Shown piece by piece: positions 1 to 9,625 of a DNA stretch of 32,000 bases. The DNA is from Candidatus Nitrosopumilus koreensis AR1. Its GTDB lineage: Archaea; Thermoproteota; Nitrososphaeria; Nitrososphaerales; Nitrosopumilaceae. The first letter of the stretch is position 1; each line of letters opens with the position of its first letter. The DNA is taken from contig NC_018655.1 of NCBI RefSeq assembly GCF_000299365.1, positions 930,001 through 962,000 of the forward strand. Reading direction: 5' to 3'. The notes beneath the pieces are model-generated. The model was not told the origin of the DNA, searched no databases, and worked only from the letters and a program-made list of their open reading frames with translations. The translations under genes and the position numbers were made by a program.

Positions 1-111
1 GTATTAATCGGAGGATATGCACTGCAAGCAAGGAAAATTCCAAAGTTTTTAGGAGATGTGATTCCAGATTGTGGTCTTGAAGAACTTCCAAAAATTTTAA
101 GAAGAAACTAA
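1..111 (+). CDS. C-terminal fragment of a CDS entering from the left edge; product unknown
   Basis: Frame 1 is open from base 1 (VLIGGYALQARKIPKFLGDVIPDCGLEELPKILRRN*) to TAA at 109-111. Confidence 0.6.
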   Translation, partial: VLIGGYALQARKIPKFLGDVIPDCGLEELPKILRRN

Positions 112-271
112 CATTGCTTTTATTTAGAATCATAGTCACGAAGACTTGTTTATCACGATTTTATGGAAAAATTAGCACTAGATAAAATAATTATTTTGTT
201 TTAAATAATTTTGAACATCAATTTATTCATAGTATGTGTTTTGATATCAAAAAAAGTCGGAGGAGAAATTA

Positions 272-454
272 ATGGGTAGAACGTGTAGAGGTATTTGCGA
301 AATGCACAAAGCAGAACCTGCACCAAATAAAATCAGATATGAAATAGGTCAGAAAAGGTGCACGTTTTGTGGAATATTCTTAGCAATAAACGATCCAAGA
401 TGTATTTGTTGCAAAGCTGTATTGAGAACAAATCCAAGAAGTAAGAAAAGATGA
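272..454 (+). CDS. Small Cys-rich (probable zinc-binding) protein
   Basis: 60 aa ORF with several Cys (CRGIC, CTFC, CICC) and a basic tail; GGAG upstream. Confidence 0.65.
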   Translation: MGRTCRGICEMHKAEPAPNKIRYEIGQKRCTFCGIFLAINDPRCICCKAVLRTNPRSKKR

Positions 455-1666
455 TTATTTTTTTGCAGCACTGACTAGAGACACAACATCTCTATCTCTT
501 AGTTGATAGTCAACAGGTAGTCTAAGATTATATCTCAAATCTTTGCCATAAAGCAATCCTTTTGTCAAGTCAGTATGAATCTCCTTTGCAAGATCATTAA
601 TTGTTGCCCCATCTTTAAGTAAAATCAAGTCAGGTAGAATCCGTCCTTTTTTATCAGCAAGTTTTGTTTCATCAGCAACGGGATATATTGAATTCATTTT
701 AAGCAGTTTGAAGACGGCAACATTGATTGCAAATTGAACACCTGTACGCATGTATTCGCCCATGATTCCCTTTTTGATAAAATTCAAAGCGTTGATTTGC
801 TTTTCATTTAATTCATCAGATTTTAGTATCTCAAATTGTTCAGAGCCAGGAGAATATTTTATCAATCCCTTTTGTTCAGCACGTCGAAGACTAAACTCAC
901 TATCACCACTTACAGGTATCACAATCGAGTCATTGTAACGTTCTCTCAGCCTAACAAAATTTTTGTCTGCCCCTTCAACATCTATTTTATTTGCAACAAT
1001 CAAAGTAGGTTTTGAAATTTTTCTCAGATAAGACGCAAATTTTTTACTATCAACCATGTCAAACTCATTAAAATTTTTTTCTTCAAGACCAGTTGCAACA
1101 AGAGATTCTTTCACATGAGATTTTTTTACACCTATCCCACGATAAAGATCAGTAACAGCATCAACGAATTCTGAACCAGAATTAATTAATTTTGAAATTT
1201 TTTCACGATTTCCTTCAAGAATTTTATGATACCACATGATTAATTCTTCTTCAATGTCCGCAAAATCAGAAATAGGATCGCCAGTACCAACCTCGGTAAT
1301 CTTTCCAGTAGAATCAACACCACCAGAAGCATCTACGACATGTAACAACGCATCAGATTGAGCGGCAATAGAAAGAAATTGATTTCCCAGTCCTTTTCCT
1401 TTCCATGCATCTTTGATTAATCCAGGAAGATCAATTAACTCAATTGGAATATATCTCCAGCCATCAACACATTTAGAATTATTTGGATTGTCTTGGATTT
1501 TAAATTCAGGATGAACACAAAGAGTAATTGCATTTGCCACACCAGATACAGGGGATTTTGTTGTAAATGGATATGATGAAATTTCTTCAGAAGACAATGT
1601 TGCAGAATTAAAGAAAGTTGTCTTACCAGTATTGGTTTTACCGATTAGTCCAAGTTTGATTGGCAT
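455..1666 (-). CDS. YchF-like redox-regulated ATPase/GTPase
   Basis: 403 aa; P-loop GKTNTGKTT, DLPGLI, NKID, C-terminal TGS-like region. Confidence 0.85.
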   Translation of the reverse strand: MPIKLGLIGKTNTGKTTFFNSATLSSEEISSYPFTTKSPVSGVANAITLCVHPEFKIQDNPNNSKCVDGWRYIPIELIDLPGLIKDAWKGKGLGNQFLSIAAQSDALLHVVDASGGVDSTGKITEVGTGDPISDFADIEEELIMWYHKILEGNREKISKLINSGSEFVDAVTDLYRGIGVKKSHVKESLVATGLEEKNFNEFDMVDSKKFASYLRKISKPTLIVANKIDVEGADKNFVRLRERYNDSIVIPVSGDSEFSLRRAEQKGLIKYSPGSEQFEILKSDELNEKQINALNFIKKGIMGEYMRTGVQFAINVAVFKLLKMNSIYPVADETKLADKKGRILPDLILLKDGATINDLAKEIHTDLTKGLLYGKDLRYNLRLPVDYQLRDRDVVSLVSAAKK

Positions 1667-1700
1667 ACAATAATTTTCATTTGTGAATATTTATCTCTGC

Positions 1701-2066
1701 CTAGGAATGATCATTGTTTTTGTTTTTAATTTTTTCAAGGGTCTGAGTTAGTTCTTTAATTGCCCATTCAATATCAGATAAATCCTCATTAGAAAGAGAG
1801 TCCTTCCATTTTTCTAAAACACTAGTTGCAATTTCTGAACAATTATACAATAAATTCCAGTAAGGATGATGTTCTGCAGTAGTGTAGGATAATTCAGTTA
1901 CATCGATTAAACCGTTTTTTGCTCTTGCCAAAGAGGTAATTTTTTCTCCAAATATTTTGATAATATCATTTTCAAGATCTGTTTCAATTTTTAATGGAGT
2001 GTTTTTTGTTTCATATTTTTTTGCTAGGTCAAGCAAATCATGATAAAAATTCTCAAAATTTTCCAT
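1701..2066 (-). CDS. Hypothetical protein
   Basis: ORF track gives 1701..2129; the internal Met (MENFENFYHDLL...) avoids overlap with the upstream gene and is the likelier start. Confidence 0.55.
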   Translation of the reverse strand: MENFENFYHDLLDLAKKYETKNTPLKIETDLENDIIKIFGEKITSLARAKNGLIDVTELSYTTAEHHPYWNLLYNCSEIATSVLEKWKDSLSNEDLSDIEWAIKELTQTLEKIKNKNNDHS

Positions 2067-2067
2067 A

Positions 2068-2487
2068 TTAACACAGTCTCTGATGCTCTGCCAACATACA
2101 TCTGTTAAAGACAACATCAATGCCGGCATCTCTAGCTAGTTTCTCAGCTTCTGGATTATGGATTCCTTCTTGAAGCCAAATCACTTTGGGTTTTTTCTTG
2201 ATTGCCTCTTGAACAAATGGCAAGACTTCCTCAGAAGGTCTAAAGATATCTACAATGTCAATGTCATCATCAATATCAGATACAGATTCATAACATTTTT
2301 TCCCCAAAATTTCATCAGCAGAGGGATTTACTGGAGTTATGGCAAATCCATTTTCAGACAAATATCTAGGCACGTAATGAGCTGCTTTTGAAGGATTTTT
2401 TGACATACCAACAACTACCACTTTTTTTAAAGACAAGATATCTTGTATCTGCTTGTCAGTATGGGTATCGTGTTCCATAGCAATCAT
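2068..2487 (-). CDS. CoA-binding domain protein (YccU-like)
   Basis: VVVVGMSKNPSKAAHYVPRYL...ITPVNPSADEILGKKCY...PKVIWLQEGI...VVFNRCM is characteristic of the family. Confidence 0.85.
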   Translation of the reverse strand: MIAMEHDTHTDKQIQDILSLKKVVVVGMSKNPSKAAHYVPRYLSENGFAITPVNPSADEILGKKCYESVSDIDDDIDIVDIFRPSEEVLPFVQEAIKKKPKVIWLQEGIHNPEAEKLARDAGIDVVFNRCMLAEHQRLC

Positions 2488-2558
2488 ACGATTAACATGG
2501 ATATAATTTTTGAAAAATCATGCAAAGAATTTTTTAGTAATAATAAGAAACACCCAAC

Positions 2559-3089
2559 ATGGAAGAAGAAGCAAAAGATGTCATTGTTTTAGGTGCAATC
2601 AGACGGGGAGACAAAAAATTTGATAAAATTCAGAGATCAACTCAAATTAAACCTGAAGAACTTAATTCCATTTTAGAGAAATTAGAAGAAAGAGGATTCA
2701 TAGTAGTAGATGAGAAAAAAGGATGGCTAGGAAAAAAAATTGAATTAAAAGTTACTGAAAAAGGTTCAAACGAACTTGATCAAAGATTACACGAAATTAA
2801 AGAAAAATGGAATCAAATGCAAGCACTGTACCAAAGTGGAGACAAGCAAAAATTGCAAGGACTCATGGATGACAATAGATCATTTTTTCCAATGATGATG
2901 TTTTTTGGAATTATGGATATGATGATGTTTAGTATGATGTTTAGTATGATTGGCGCCAGTATGGGAGATTATGTTCCAGCAGAAAGTATGCCAGATGGTG
3001 CAGATGGAGGCATGGATGACGGTGGAATGGATGGAGGCATGGATGGAGGCATGGATGACGGTGGATTTGATATTGATATTGGATTCTAG
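2559..3089 (+). CDS. Winged-helix DNA-binding-like protein with Met-rich hydrophobic segment and Met/Asp/Gly repeat tail
   Basis: N-terminal wHTH-like sequence (STQIKPEELNSILEKLEERGFIVVDEKKGWLGKKIELKVTEKG), Met-rich hydrophobic segment, DGGMDGGMDGGMDDGG tail. Confidence 0.7.
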   Translation: MEEEAKDVIVLGAIRRGDKKFDKIQRSTQIKPEELNSILEKLEERGFIVVDEKKGWLGKKIELKVTEKGSNELDQRLHEIKEKWNQMQALYQSGDKQKLQGLMDDNRSFFPMMMFFGIMDMMMFSMMFSMIGASMGDYVPAESMPDGADGGMDDGGMDGGMDGGMDDGGFDIDIGF

Positions 3090-3125
3090 TGCAAATTTTA
3101 TACTCGAAGCAAAAACCAACTACAA

Positions 3126-4133
3126 TTGATTTACAATTCATTTGATAATCCAGGATTAGTGAAAGTTCTTACATTTTTGCAAACTCACAATACAGAATAC
3201 CTATCAGGTCAAGATTTGAGTGATGTGTTACGAATTAGCAGAGTTGCAGTATGGAAACATATCAAAAAAATTCAAGAGTTAGGATATACAGTAGAATCAA
3301 AACAAAAACTAGGTTACAAATTAACAAAAAATTCAGATGCATTACTCCCATGGGAAATCACTTCAGGTTTGAAAACAAAGATCATAGGACAACAGGCATT
3401 TTATTTTGATTCAACTGATTCGACACAAAATCAAGCACTAAAGATGGCTGAAGAGCATAAAAGAAATGGTGCAATAATTGTTGCAGAGAAACAAACTGGA
3501 GGCAAAGGAAGATCTGGAAGGAAGTGGATATCGCCAAAAGGGGGGATTTGGTTTTCAGTTATTTTACATCCAAAATTCGACATCACCATAACAACACTAT
3601 TTCCCATAGCATCGGCATTAGCATTATCTCTAGCATTAGAAAAAACATGCAAAATTTCTCCAGAATTAAAATGGCCAAATGATTTAACAATTAAAGGGAA
3701 AAAATTAGCAGGAATGTTAGTAGATGCATCATTAGAATCAAACAAAATTGAAAGTTTAGTGTTAGGTGTAGGAATAAATTTTGATGTAGATGTTAAGCAA
3801 ATTGAAAAAAATCTTAAAGGTACACCAAATTTTTATGGTGTGGCTACACTTAACGAATACAAAACTAAAATCAGGCCAGTAGAACTAGTTCAAGCATTTT
3901 TAATAGAATTAGAAAAAATATACAAATTACTAAATACAAAACAAACAAAAAAAATCATTTCAGAATGGACAAAAAGATCATCAACAATTGGAAAGAATGT
4001 GAAACTAAATACAGTTGAAGGCGAAATTAAAGGAAAAGCAATTAGAATTGATGAAGATGGAGCGCTGGTTATATCCAATAACAAAAATACCAACAGAGTG
4101 ATTGCAGGAGATATTATTCACCTAGCAAAATGA
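3126..4133 (+). CDS. birA: Biotin--[acetyl-CoA-carboxylase] ligase, BirA-like with N-terminal HTH
   Basis: DSTNxx-like DSTDSTQNQA, GGKGRSGRKWISPKGGIWFSVIL, ELKWPNDL, GVGINF motifs; HTH LSDVLRISRVAVWKHIKKIQELGY. Confidence 0.93.
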   Translation: MIYNSFDNPGLVKVLTFLQTHNTEYLSGQDLSDVLRISRVAVWKHIKKIQELGYTVESKQKLGYKLTKNSDALLPWEITSGLKTKIIGQQAFYFDSTDSTQNQALKMAEEHKRNGAIIVAEKQTGGKGRSGRKWISPKGGIWFSVILHPKFDITITTLFPIASALALSLALEKTCKISPELKWPNDLTIKGKKLAGMLVDASLESNKIESLVLGVGINFDVDVKQIEKNLKGTPNFYGVATLNEYKTKIRPVELVQAFLIELEKIYKLLNTKQTKKIISEWTKRSSTIGKNVKLNTVEGEIKGKAIRIDEDGALVISNNKNTNRVIAGDIIHLAK

Positions 4134-4492
4134 TTATTTTTTGCAGTTTTTGGTTTTCTTTTAGTTGTAGATTTTCGTTTTGGTTTTGAAAGTAATGAAG
4201 ATTGTTCTTTAACAATTTCTTTAAGATCGTTTTGTATTTCAAATACTGTAGAAAGTAACTCCTCTAATGCAACAGAGTATTGCTCATATACAGAAAGCAA
4301 TTCATTTTGTTTGGCATTTGTCTTTTGAAGATATTCATTAGACCTTATGAGATTTGCAGTGTCAACTAATTCAGGAATGTCAGAGGGCGACCCACCTAAT
4401 TGGGCTAGATCTGCTTGTGCTTGTTGTATTTTTTTACGAAGATCATAGATAATGTTGCCCATCCCAATTTTTTCCAATATCAAAACACACAC
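4118..4492 (-). CDS. Coiled-coil hypothetical protein with basic C-terminus
   Basis: 124 aa ORF (track start; an internal Met, MGNIIYDLRKKIQ, is a likely alternative); heptad-like sequence, KRKSTTKRKPKTAK tail. Confidence 0.5.
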   Translation of the reverse strand: MCVLILEKIGMGNIIYDLRKKIQQAQADLAQLGGSPSDIPELVDTANLIRSNEYLQKTNAKQNELLSVYEQYSVALEELLSTVFEIQNDLKEIVKEQSSLLSKPKRKSTTKRKPKTAKNNHFAR

Positions 4493-4622
4493 TCCAAATA
4501 AATTAAAGAGTTTCTAAGGTATAAAAAAACAGAAAAACAACATGCGTATAAATTAGTAGAAAATAGAAATAAACCACGAAACAATCACTTATCATGTTAA
4601 ATTATTTTAAAAAATTTCTTGC

Positions 4623-6032
4623 ATGTTATTTATCATAATACTTAGCACACAAAGCATCACAGGAAGTTCATTTGCTCAGACAAATGAAGACCCAGAAGTA
4701 ATGTTTAATGAGGCAACTGAGTTTTTTTCTAATGGAAATTACAATCAAGCTATAGCAATTTATGACGAGATATTAGAAATTGCACCAAACAACATCTCTA
4801 CGCTAAAGATGAAAGGGATAGCACATAGTAACATGGGAGACCACAAAAAATCTTTAGAACAATTTTTTATTATTTTACAACATAGACCAAATGACGTAAT
4901 AGCGTTAACTGGAATGGGTGTAGGATTTGGCAATTTAGGAGAATATCAAGAATCAATATCATATTTTGAAAAAGCCCTCAAAGAGAAACCAAATAGTATA
5001 GTGATTAAAAATTACAAAGAATTTGTTGACAAGGTAATTTCAAAATATCCATATACACCTACAGAAAAACCTGAAGGATTAGAAAAACAACCAATATCAT
5101 CCATACCAGATTGGGTAAAGCCAATAGCAAAATGGTGGTCTACAGATAGTATTGATGATTCAGAATTTGTTTCAGCATTACTATATATGATTAATAATAA
5201 AATAATCCAAATTCCACCAGTAGAAACTCAAAGTGTTTCTGAAGAAAAAATACCAGAATGGATAAAAAATAATGCAGGATGGTGGGCAGATAGTCAAATT
5301 GATGATGAGGCATTTATTCAAGGCATACAATACATGATAGAAAATGGACTAATTGTAATCAAAATTGAAGAGACATCACAGAAAACACAAGAAGAGTTAG
5401 ATCATGAATATTATTTATTTACAAAATATCTCAGAGATATTTCCAATAACATATCAAAGGAAAAAAGATACATAGAATATCCAAATCCCAGTCAAGATGT
5501 AATCAAAAAATTCCTCAGAGATTACGTAAAATGGAATTTTGAAGAAGAAGCTAAAAATGCATCAAGTAGCTTCCCAGATCCAACATATGAAATTGTTAAT
5601 GGAACATATATCATACATTACAAAGTTTTCATTAATGAACAGCCTACAGGGCTACCTTTGAATCACGTTAACACATTAAGCAATTCATTTGCATTTTGGG
5701 AAGAACAAGAATTATCAACAAATGATCAAAAAGCAAAAATGAAATTCGAAGTAACAGATTTGAAACATGAAGCAAATGTTTGGGTAACATGGGTAGTCCG
5801 AAATATAGGAGACGGTGTTTTAGGACATGCACATCTTGGAAAAGGAGTGGTAGAAGTTACGTTAGGCGATTATAATTGTGACGGGAGTTTTCAATTGTAT
5901 GACGTAAATAGTGTAGAGACAATCATGACTCATGAGCTTGGTCATTCTATAGGTTTGAAACATGTCCAAGATAAAACAAGTATAATGTATCCATCATTTA
6001 CGCCATCATATGCATATTGTCTACTTAGCTAA
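4623..6032 (+). CDS. Secreted TPR protein with two W..W repeats and a matrixin-like zinc metalloprotease domain
   Basis: Hydrophobic N-terminus, TPR repeats, two units like IPDWVKPIAKWWSTDSIDDSEFVSALLYMINNKII, HELGHSIGLKH zinc motif followed by MYPSF Met-turn. Confidence 0.8.
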   Translation: MLFIIILSTQSITGSSFAQTNEDPEVMFNEATEFFSNGNYNQAIAIYDEILEIAPNNISTLKMKGIAHSNMGDHKKSLEQFFIILQHRPNDVIALTGMGVGFGNLGEYQESISYFEKALKEKPNSIVIKNYKEFVDKVISKYPYTPTEKPEGLEKQPISSIPDWVKPIAKWWSTDSIDDSEFVSALLYMINNKIIQIPPVETQSVSEEKIPEWIKNNAGWWADSQIDDEAFIQGIQYMIENGLIVIKIEETSQKTQEELDHEYYLFTKYLRDISNNISKEKRYIEYPNPSQDVIKKFLRDYVKWNFEEEAKNASSSFPDPTYEIVNGTYIIHYKVFINEQPTGLPLNHVNTLSNSFAFWEEQELSTNDQKAKMKFEVTDLKHEANVWVTWVVRNIGDGVLGHAHLGKGVVEVTLGDYNCDGSFQLYDVNSVETIMTHELGHSIGLKHVQDKTSIMYPSFTPSYAYCLLS

Positions 6033-6149
6033 ATTTCTAAAATTTGTCAAGGTTAATGAAAAAATATCAATTAGCTTAACCTACACACAAATAACCGGTA
6101 GAAATTAGGTAAAATGGATAATAAGGCAATTATGTAAATTTCACATATT

Positions 6150-7061
6150 ATGCTTAGAAATACAATGATTACAGGTTCAAAATGTCCAGCCTGCGGCGAT
6201 AAAAAAATGATCACCGATGAAAATACAGGGGAATTGTTTTGTGGAAAGTGTGGATTTGTTGTTTCAGATAAGATTGCAGATACAGGTGCAGAGTGGCGTT
6301 CTTTTTCAAATGATGAAGGTAACAAAGCAAGAACAGGTGCAGGAACTTCCCTTACAATGCATGATATGGGGCTATCAACGGTAATAGGAGCTGCAAACAA
6401 AGACTCTACAGGAAAACCATTATCTGCAAGTGTAAAAAGTTCGATTGAAAGGCTAAGAACATGGGACAGTAGAAGTCAAGCTCATTCATCAGCAGACAGG
6501 AATCTAAGACAGGCACTAAATGAGATGGACAAACTAAAAGACAAATTAGCATTAACAGATGCAGTTATTGAAAAAGCAGCCTACATTTACAGAAAGGCAA
6601 TGGAGAAAAAACTTGTCAGAGGACGTTCAATTCAAGGATTAGTAGCAGCATGCCTTTATGCATCATGTAGAAATACTGAAACCCCAAGAACGCTGGATGA
6701 CGTAGCAAAAGGAATCAACATTAGAAGAAAAGATGTTGCAAGATGTTATAGATTGATTTTTAGAGAATTGGAATTAAAAATGCCAGTAGTTGATCCTGTT
6801 AAAGGAGTATCTAGAATTGCAAGTATCGCAGAGCTAAGTGAGAAAAGTAAACGTAAAGCAATTGCCATTTTAAATGAAGCAAAAAAGATGGGAGTAGTTG
6901 CAGGCAAAGATCCAATGGGGATAGCAGCTGCTGCATTATATCTTGCATGTATTAGTACTGGAGAAGTAAAATCACAAAAAGACATATCCATAGCATCAGG
7001 AGTAACAGAAGTTACAATCAGAAACAGATGTGCAGGATTGAGAAAAATGATTAACAATTAA
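6150..7061 (+). CDS. tfb: Transcription initiation factor IIB (TFB)
   Basis: CPACG..CGKCG zinc ribbon, two cyclin-like repeats (GLVAACLYASCR; GIAAAALYLACI), VTEVTIRNRCAGLRK. Confidence 0.95.
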   Translation: MLRNTMITGSKCPACGDKKMITDENTGELFCGKCGFVVSDKIADTGAEWRSFSNDEGNKARTGAGTSLTMHDMGLSTVIGAANKDSTGKPLSASVKSSIERLRTWDSRSQAHSSADRNLRQALNEMDKLKDKLALTDAVIEKAAYIYRKAMEKKLVRGRSIQGLVAACLYASCRNTETPRTLDDVAKGINIRRKDVARCYRLIFRELELKMPVVDPVKGVSRIASIAELSEKSKRKAIAILNEAKKMGVVAGKDPMGIAAAALYLACISTGEVKSQKDISIASGVTEVTIRNRCAGLRKMINN

Positions 7062-7066
7062 GAAAA

Positions 7067-7474
7067 TCATTTCTGAGATCTTTCAAATTCTAATTTATCC
7101 CAAGGAAACACAACATATGCATCATTGTTAGTTTTTTTAGCATAAACTAATTGTGTAGGATATTTTTTTCCACGCCTTGCAAACAGTGTCACATAAACAA
7201 ATTTTGAAGGAACATCTACTTTTTTGATTAAGTCATCAAATGTATTTCCCGTGTCAAAGATATCATCAACAAACAAGGAATTAGAAGATATCCTCTTTTT
7301 GTCAACATGTATTTTTTTGATTCCCAACTGGTCTGCAATTAAACGCGCAGGAACAAGACCGCCTCTGCTTAGAGTAGTAATACTTGGAAAAGACCGAGGC
7401 AATTTCAAAATTTTTTTAGAGACGTTTTTTACAAGATATTCAATTTCACTCCAATCTACTTCTTGATACAACAT
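7067..7474 (-). CDS. Phosphoribosyltransferase (purine/xanthine PRT-like)
   Basis: LSRGGLVPARLIADQLG and PRPP-loop-like LFVDDIFDTGNTFDDL. Confidence 0.87.
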   Translation of the reverse strand: MLYQEVDWSEIEYLVKNVSKKILKLPRSFPSITTLSRGGLVPARLIADQLGIKKIHVDKKRISSNSLFVDDIFDTGNTFDDLIKKVDVPSKFVYVTLFARRGKKYPTQLVYAKKTNNDAYVVFPWDKLEFERSQK

Positions 7475-7510
7475 AAAAAATCTAGAATGAGTAGAATTAA
7501 GTCGTTATGA

Positions 7511-7903
7511 TCAAAATGTCTTCATAGGGGTTTTTTTAAGTGGTTCAATAATTTTTAAAATTTTAAATGGAATTTTTCCAAAATCAGTCTCTTTTTCACA
7601 AGACACTAACAATACATCATCATTAGATAATGGAAAACTCATAACGATTACTTTATCACGATAAGACATTGAGAAGTGAACCTCTCCAAATTCTTTATCA
7701 AACTCGTGTCTCATCCTAACACGTAATGCTAATTCCATAAACATCATTTCGTCTTGTTTCTGAGCCTCAAGTGAAAGCAACCCCTTTTTCATTCCACCAG
7801 CCATAAGATGTCCTCTACTATTGATGAATCTAGCTGAACGCATTTTAGAATCTAATTTTGTTATTTTTTGGCAGATTTTCTCTAGTTCTTCAATGTTTTC
7901 CAT
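7511..7903 (-). CDS. Conserved hypothetical protein; paralogue of 12381..12779
   Basis: 130 aa; shares FINSRGHLMAGGMKKGL.../KVIVMSFPLSNDDVLLVS pattern with the ORF at 12381..12779. Confidence 0.65.
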   Translation of the reverse strand: MENIEELEKICQKITKLDSKMRSARFINSRGHLMAGGMKKGLLSLEAQKQDEMMFMELALRVRMRHEFDKEFGEVHFSMSYRDKVIVMSFPLSNDDVLLVSCEKETDFGKIPFKILKIIEPLKKTPMKTF

Positions 7904-7956
7904 TTGTCTAATTATGCAAACGAACTATTTATTGCGATCTGTTTCAATAGATCACT

Positions 7957-8536
7957 ATGCAATCAGAGTCCACAAAAGACATTACAGATTACTACAAACA
8001 TCTTTCGCTTTTCTGGACAGATATTGTACATTTAATGTCAAGTAAACCACAAGCATTGGCATCAATTGGGCCAATGAGAGCATTCGCGGCAAATTCTAAG
8101 AAAATATCAACTGAATTAATTGAGATTAATGAAGACCTGATGGAATTTAACAAACATTTGACAGAATATTACAAACAACTGGCAGATACTTGGACAGAGG
8201 CACAAAAAAAAAGTCAATCTCAAAGCGCCAGAAATTCCTCAAGATGTAGAGCATATGGAAGCAGTCAAAAGAATTTGGATAGATATTTTCGATAATGATT
8301 TTACAGAATTATTTGATTCAGGTAAATTTGGAGATAATTATGGAAAACTAGTTTCAAAGGAATTAGAGTTGACAAAACATTGGAACAATATTACAAATGT
8401 AATATTACAATCAGTAAATCTTCCAAGTAAAGAAGAGATAGATGAAGTTTACAAAGAGATACATTCCCTCAAGAAGAGAGTTGCAAAATTAGAATTAGAG
8501 TTAAAGAAAAAGGAGATGAAAAACAATGCAAAGTGA
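7957..8536 (+). CDS. phaE: PhaE-like subunit of class III PHA synthase, interrupted by a +1 frameshift at A9 (8204-8212)
   Basis: ORFs 7957..8295 and 8255..8536 join through the tract as ...TWTEAQKK|VNLKAPEIPQDVEHMEAVKRIW...; the 192 aa product ends in PhaE-like coiled coil LPSKEEIDEVYKEIHSLKKRVAKLELEL; directly upstream of phaC. Confidence 0.75.
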
Positions 8537-9590
8537 ATCAAATATAGATCCAAAAATCATTGAAGAGATTTTAAAATTTAGTAAAAATGTAATTGATGCA
8601 CCAAAACTAGTGGCAGCCCCTGACGAGATTAGTTTGGAAGTAACCCCACATGACATTGTGCAACAAATGGATAAAACTCGTTTATTGCATTACAGACCAA
8701 TTACCGATAAACAACATAAAACTCCTTTATTGATTTCATATGCATTAATTAACAGATTCCATATTTTGGACATACAGCCAGAAAAGAGTTGGGTTAGAAA
8801 TCTACTTCAACAAGGATTTGATGTGTATATGCTAGACTGGGGAACACCAACAAGCATGGACAAGTATTTGGATTTTGATGATTATGTTAATGGGTATTTA
8901 GATGCATATGTAGAATATATTAAAAATGAAACATCTACTGAAAAAATTTCATTACAAGGATATTGTACAGGAGCAACAATTGCCACAGCATATGCATCAC
9001 TACATCCAGAAAGTGTCAAAAATTACATTGCAACTGCTCCTGTAATTGATGGTTGGAGAGACACCACAGTAATCAGCAATCTAGCAAAGCATATGGATGT
9101 GGATAAAATGGTAGAAGTTATCGGGAACATGCCCCCAGAATTCATGTATTATTGTTTTTCAGTGCTCAAACCGTTTGAACAAGGTATTGAAAAATATGTC
9201 AATTTCTTCAAAAACATTGAAAATAAGAAATTTGTAGATAGTTTCCTCAGAGTAGAAAAATGGTTAGGAGACACACCACCAATCCCAGGAGAATTATTCA
9301 GACAGTGGATAAAAGATATCTATCAAGATAATTTGCTCATTCAAAATAAGATGCACATAGAGGGTCAGTTAGTAGATTTGAAGAAAATAGACATGCCAAT
9401 ATTCACACAAGTTGCAGTAGGAGATCATCTAGTTTCACCTGAATGTAGTATGCCACTTCATTATGCAGTTGGAAGTGAAGATAAAACATTGAGAATGTAT
9501 CCAACAGGTCATGTTGGAATGATTGCAAGTTCATTATCTCAGAAAAAGGTATTACCTGAGCTTGGACAATGGCTATCTGAAAGATCATAA
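8526..9590 (+). CDS. phaC: Class III poly(3-hydroxyalkanoate) synthase subunit PhaC
   Basis: Lipase-like box GYCTG, DWGTP, GDHLVSP, GHVGMIAS; 354 aa typical of class III. Confidence 0.93.
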   Translation: MQSESNIDPKIIEEILKFSKNVIDAPKLVAAPDEISLEVTPHDIVQQMDKTRLLHYRPITDKQHKTPLLISYALINRFHILDIQPEKSWVRNLLQQGFDVYMLDWGTPTSMDKYLDFDDYVNGYLDAYVEYIKNETSTEKISLQGYCTGATIATAYASLHPESVKNYIATAPVIDGWRDTTVISNLAKHMDVDKMVEVIGNMPPEFMYYCFSVLKPFEQGIEKYVNFFKNIENKKFVDSFLRVEKWLGDTPPIPGELFRQWIKDIYQDNLLIQNKMHIEGQLVDLKKIDMPIFTQVAVGDHLVSPECSMPLHYAVGSEDKTLRMYPTGHVGMIASSLSQKKVLPELGQWLSERS

Positions 9591-9625
9591 AATAAAAAAG
9601 AAAAAATTAAAAAACAGATTCGCCA

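Noticed and set aside
750-938. Plus-strand ORF inside the YchF-like gene
   Set aside because: Antisense to a confidently coding gene, low-complexity composition.
2880-3141. Minus-strand ORFs 2880..3119 and 2941..3141 with IHASIHASIHS and HPCLHPCLHP repeats
   Set aside because: They are antisense readings of the GGMDGG-coding repeat in the 2559..3089 gene, which has the coherent protein.
3431-4093. Minus-strand ORFs 3431..3745 and 3890..4093
   Set aside because: Antisense shadows of birA.
6071-7057. Minus-strand ORFs opposite the TFB gene
   Set aside because: TFB is unambiguous on the plus strand; the antisense frames are by-products.
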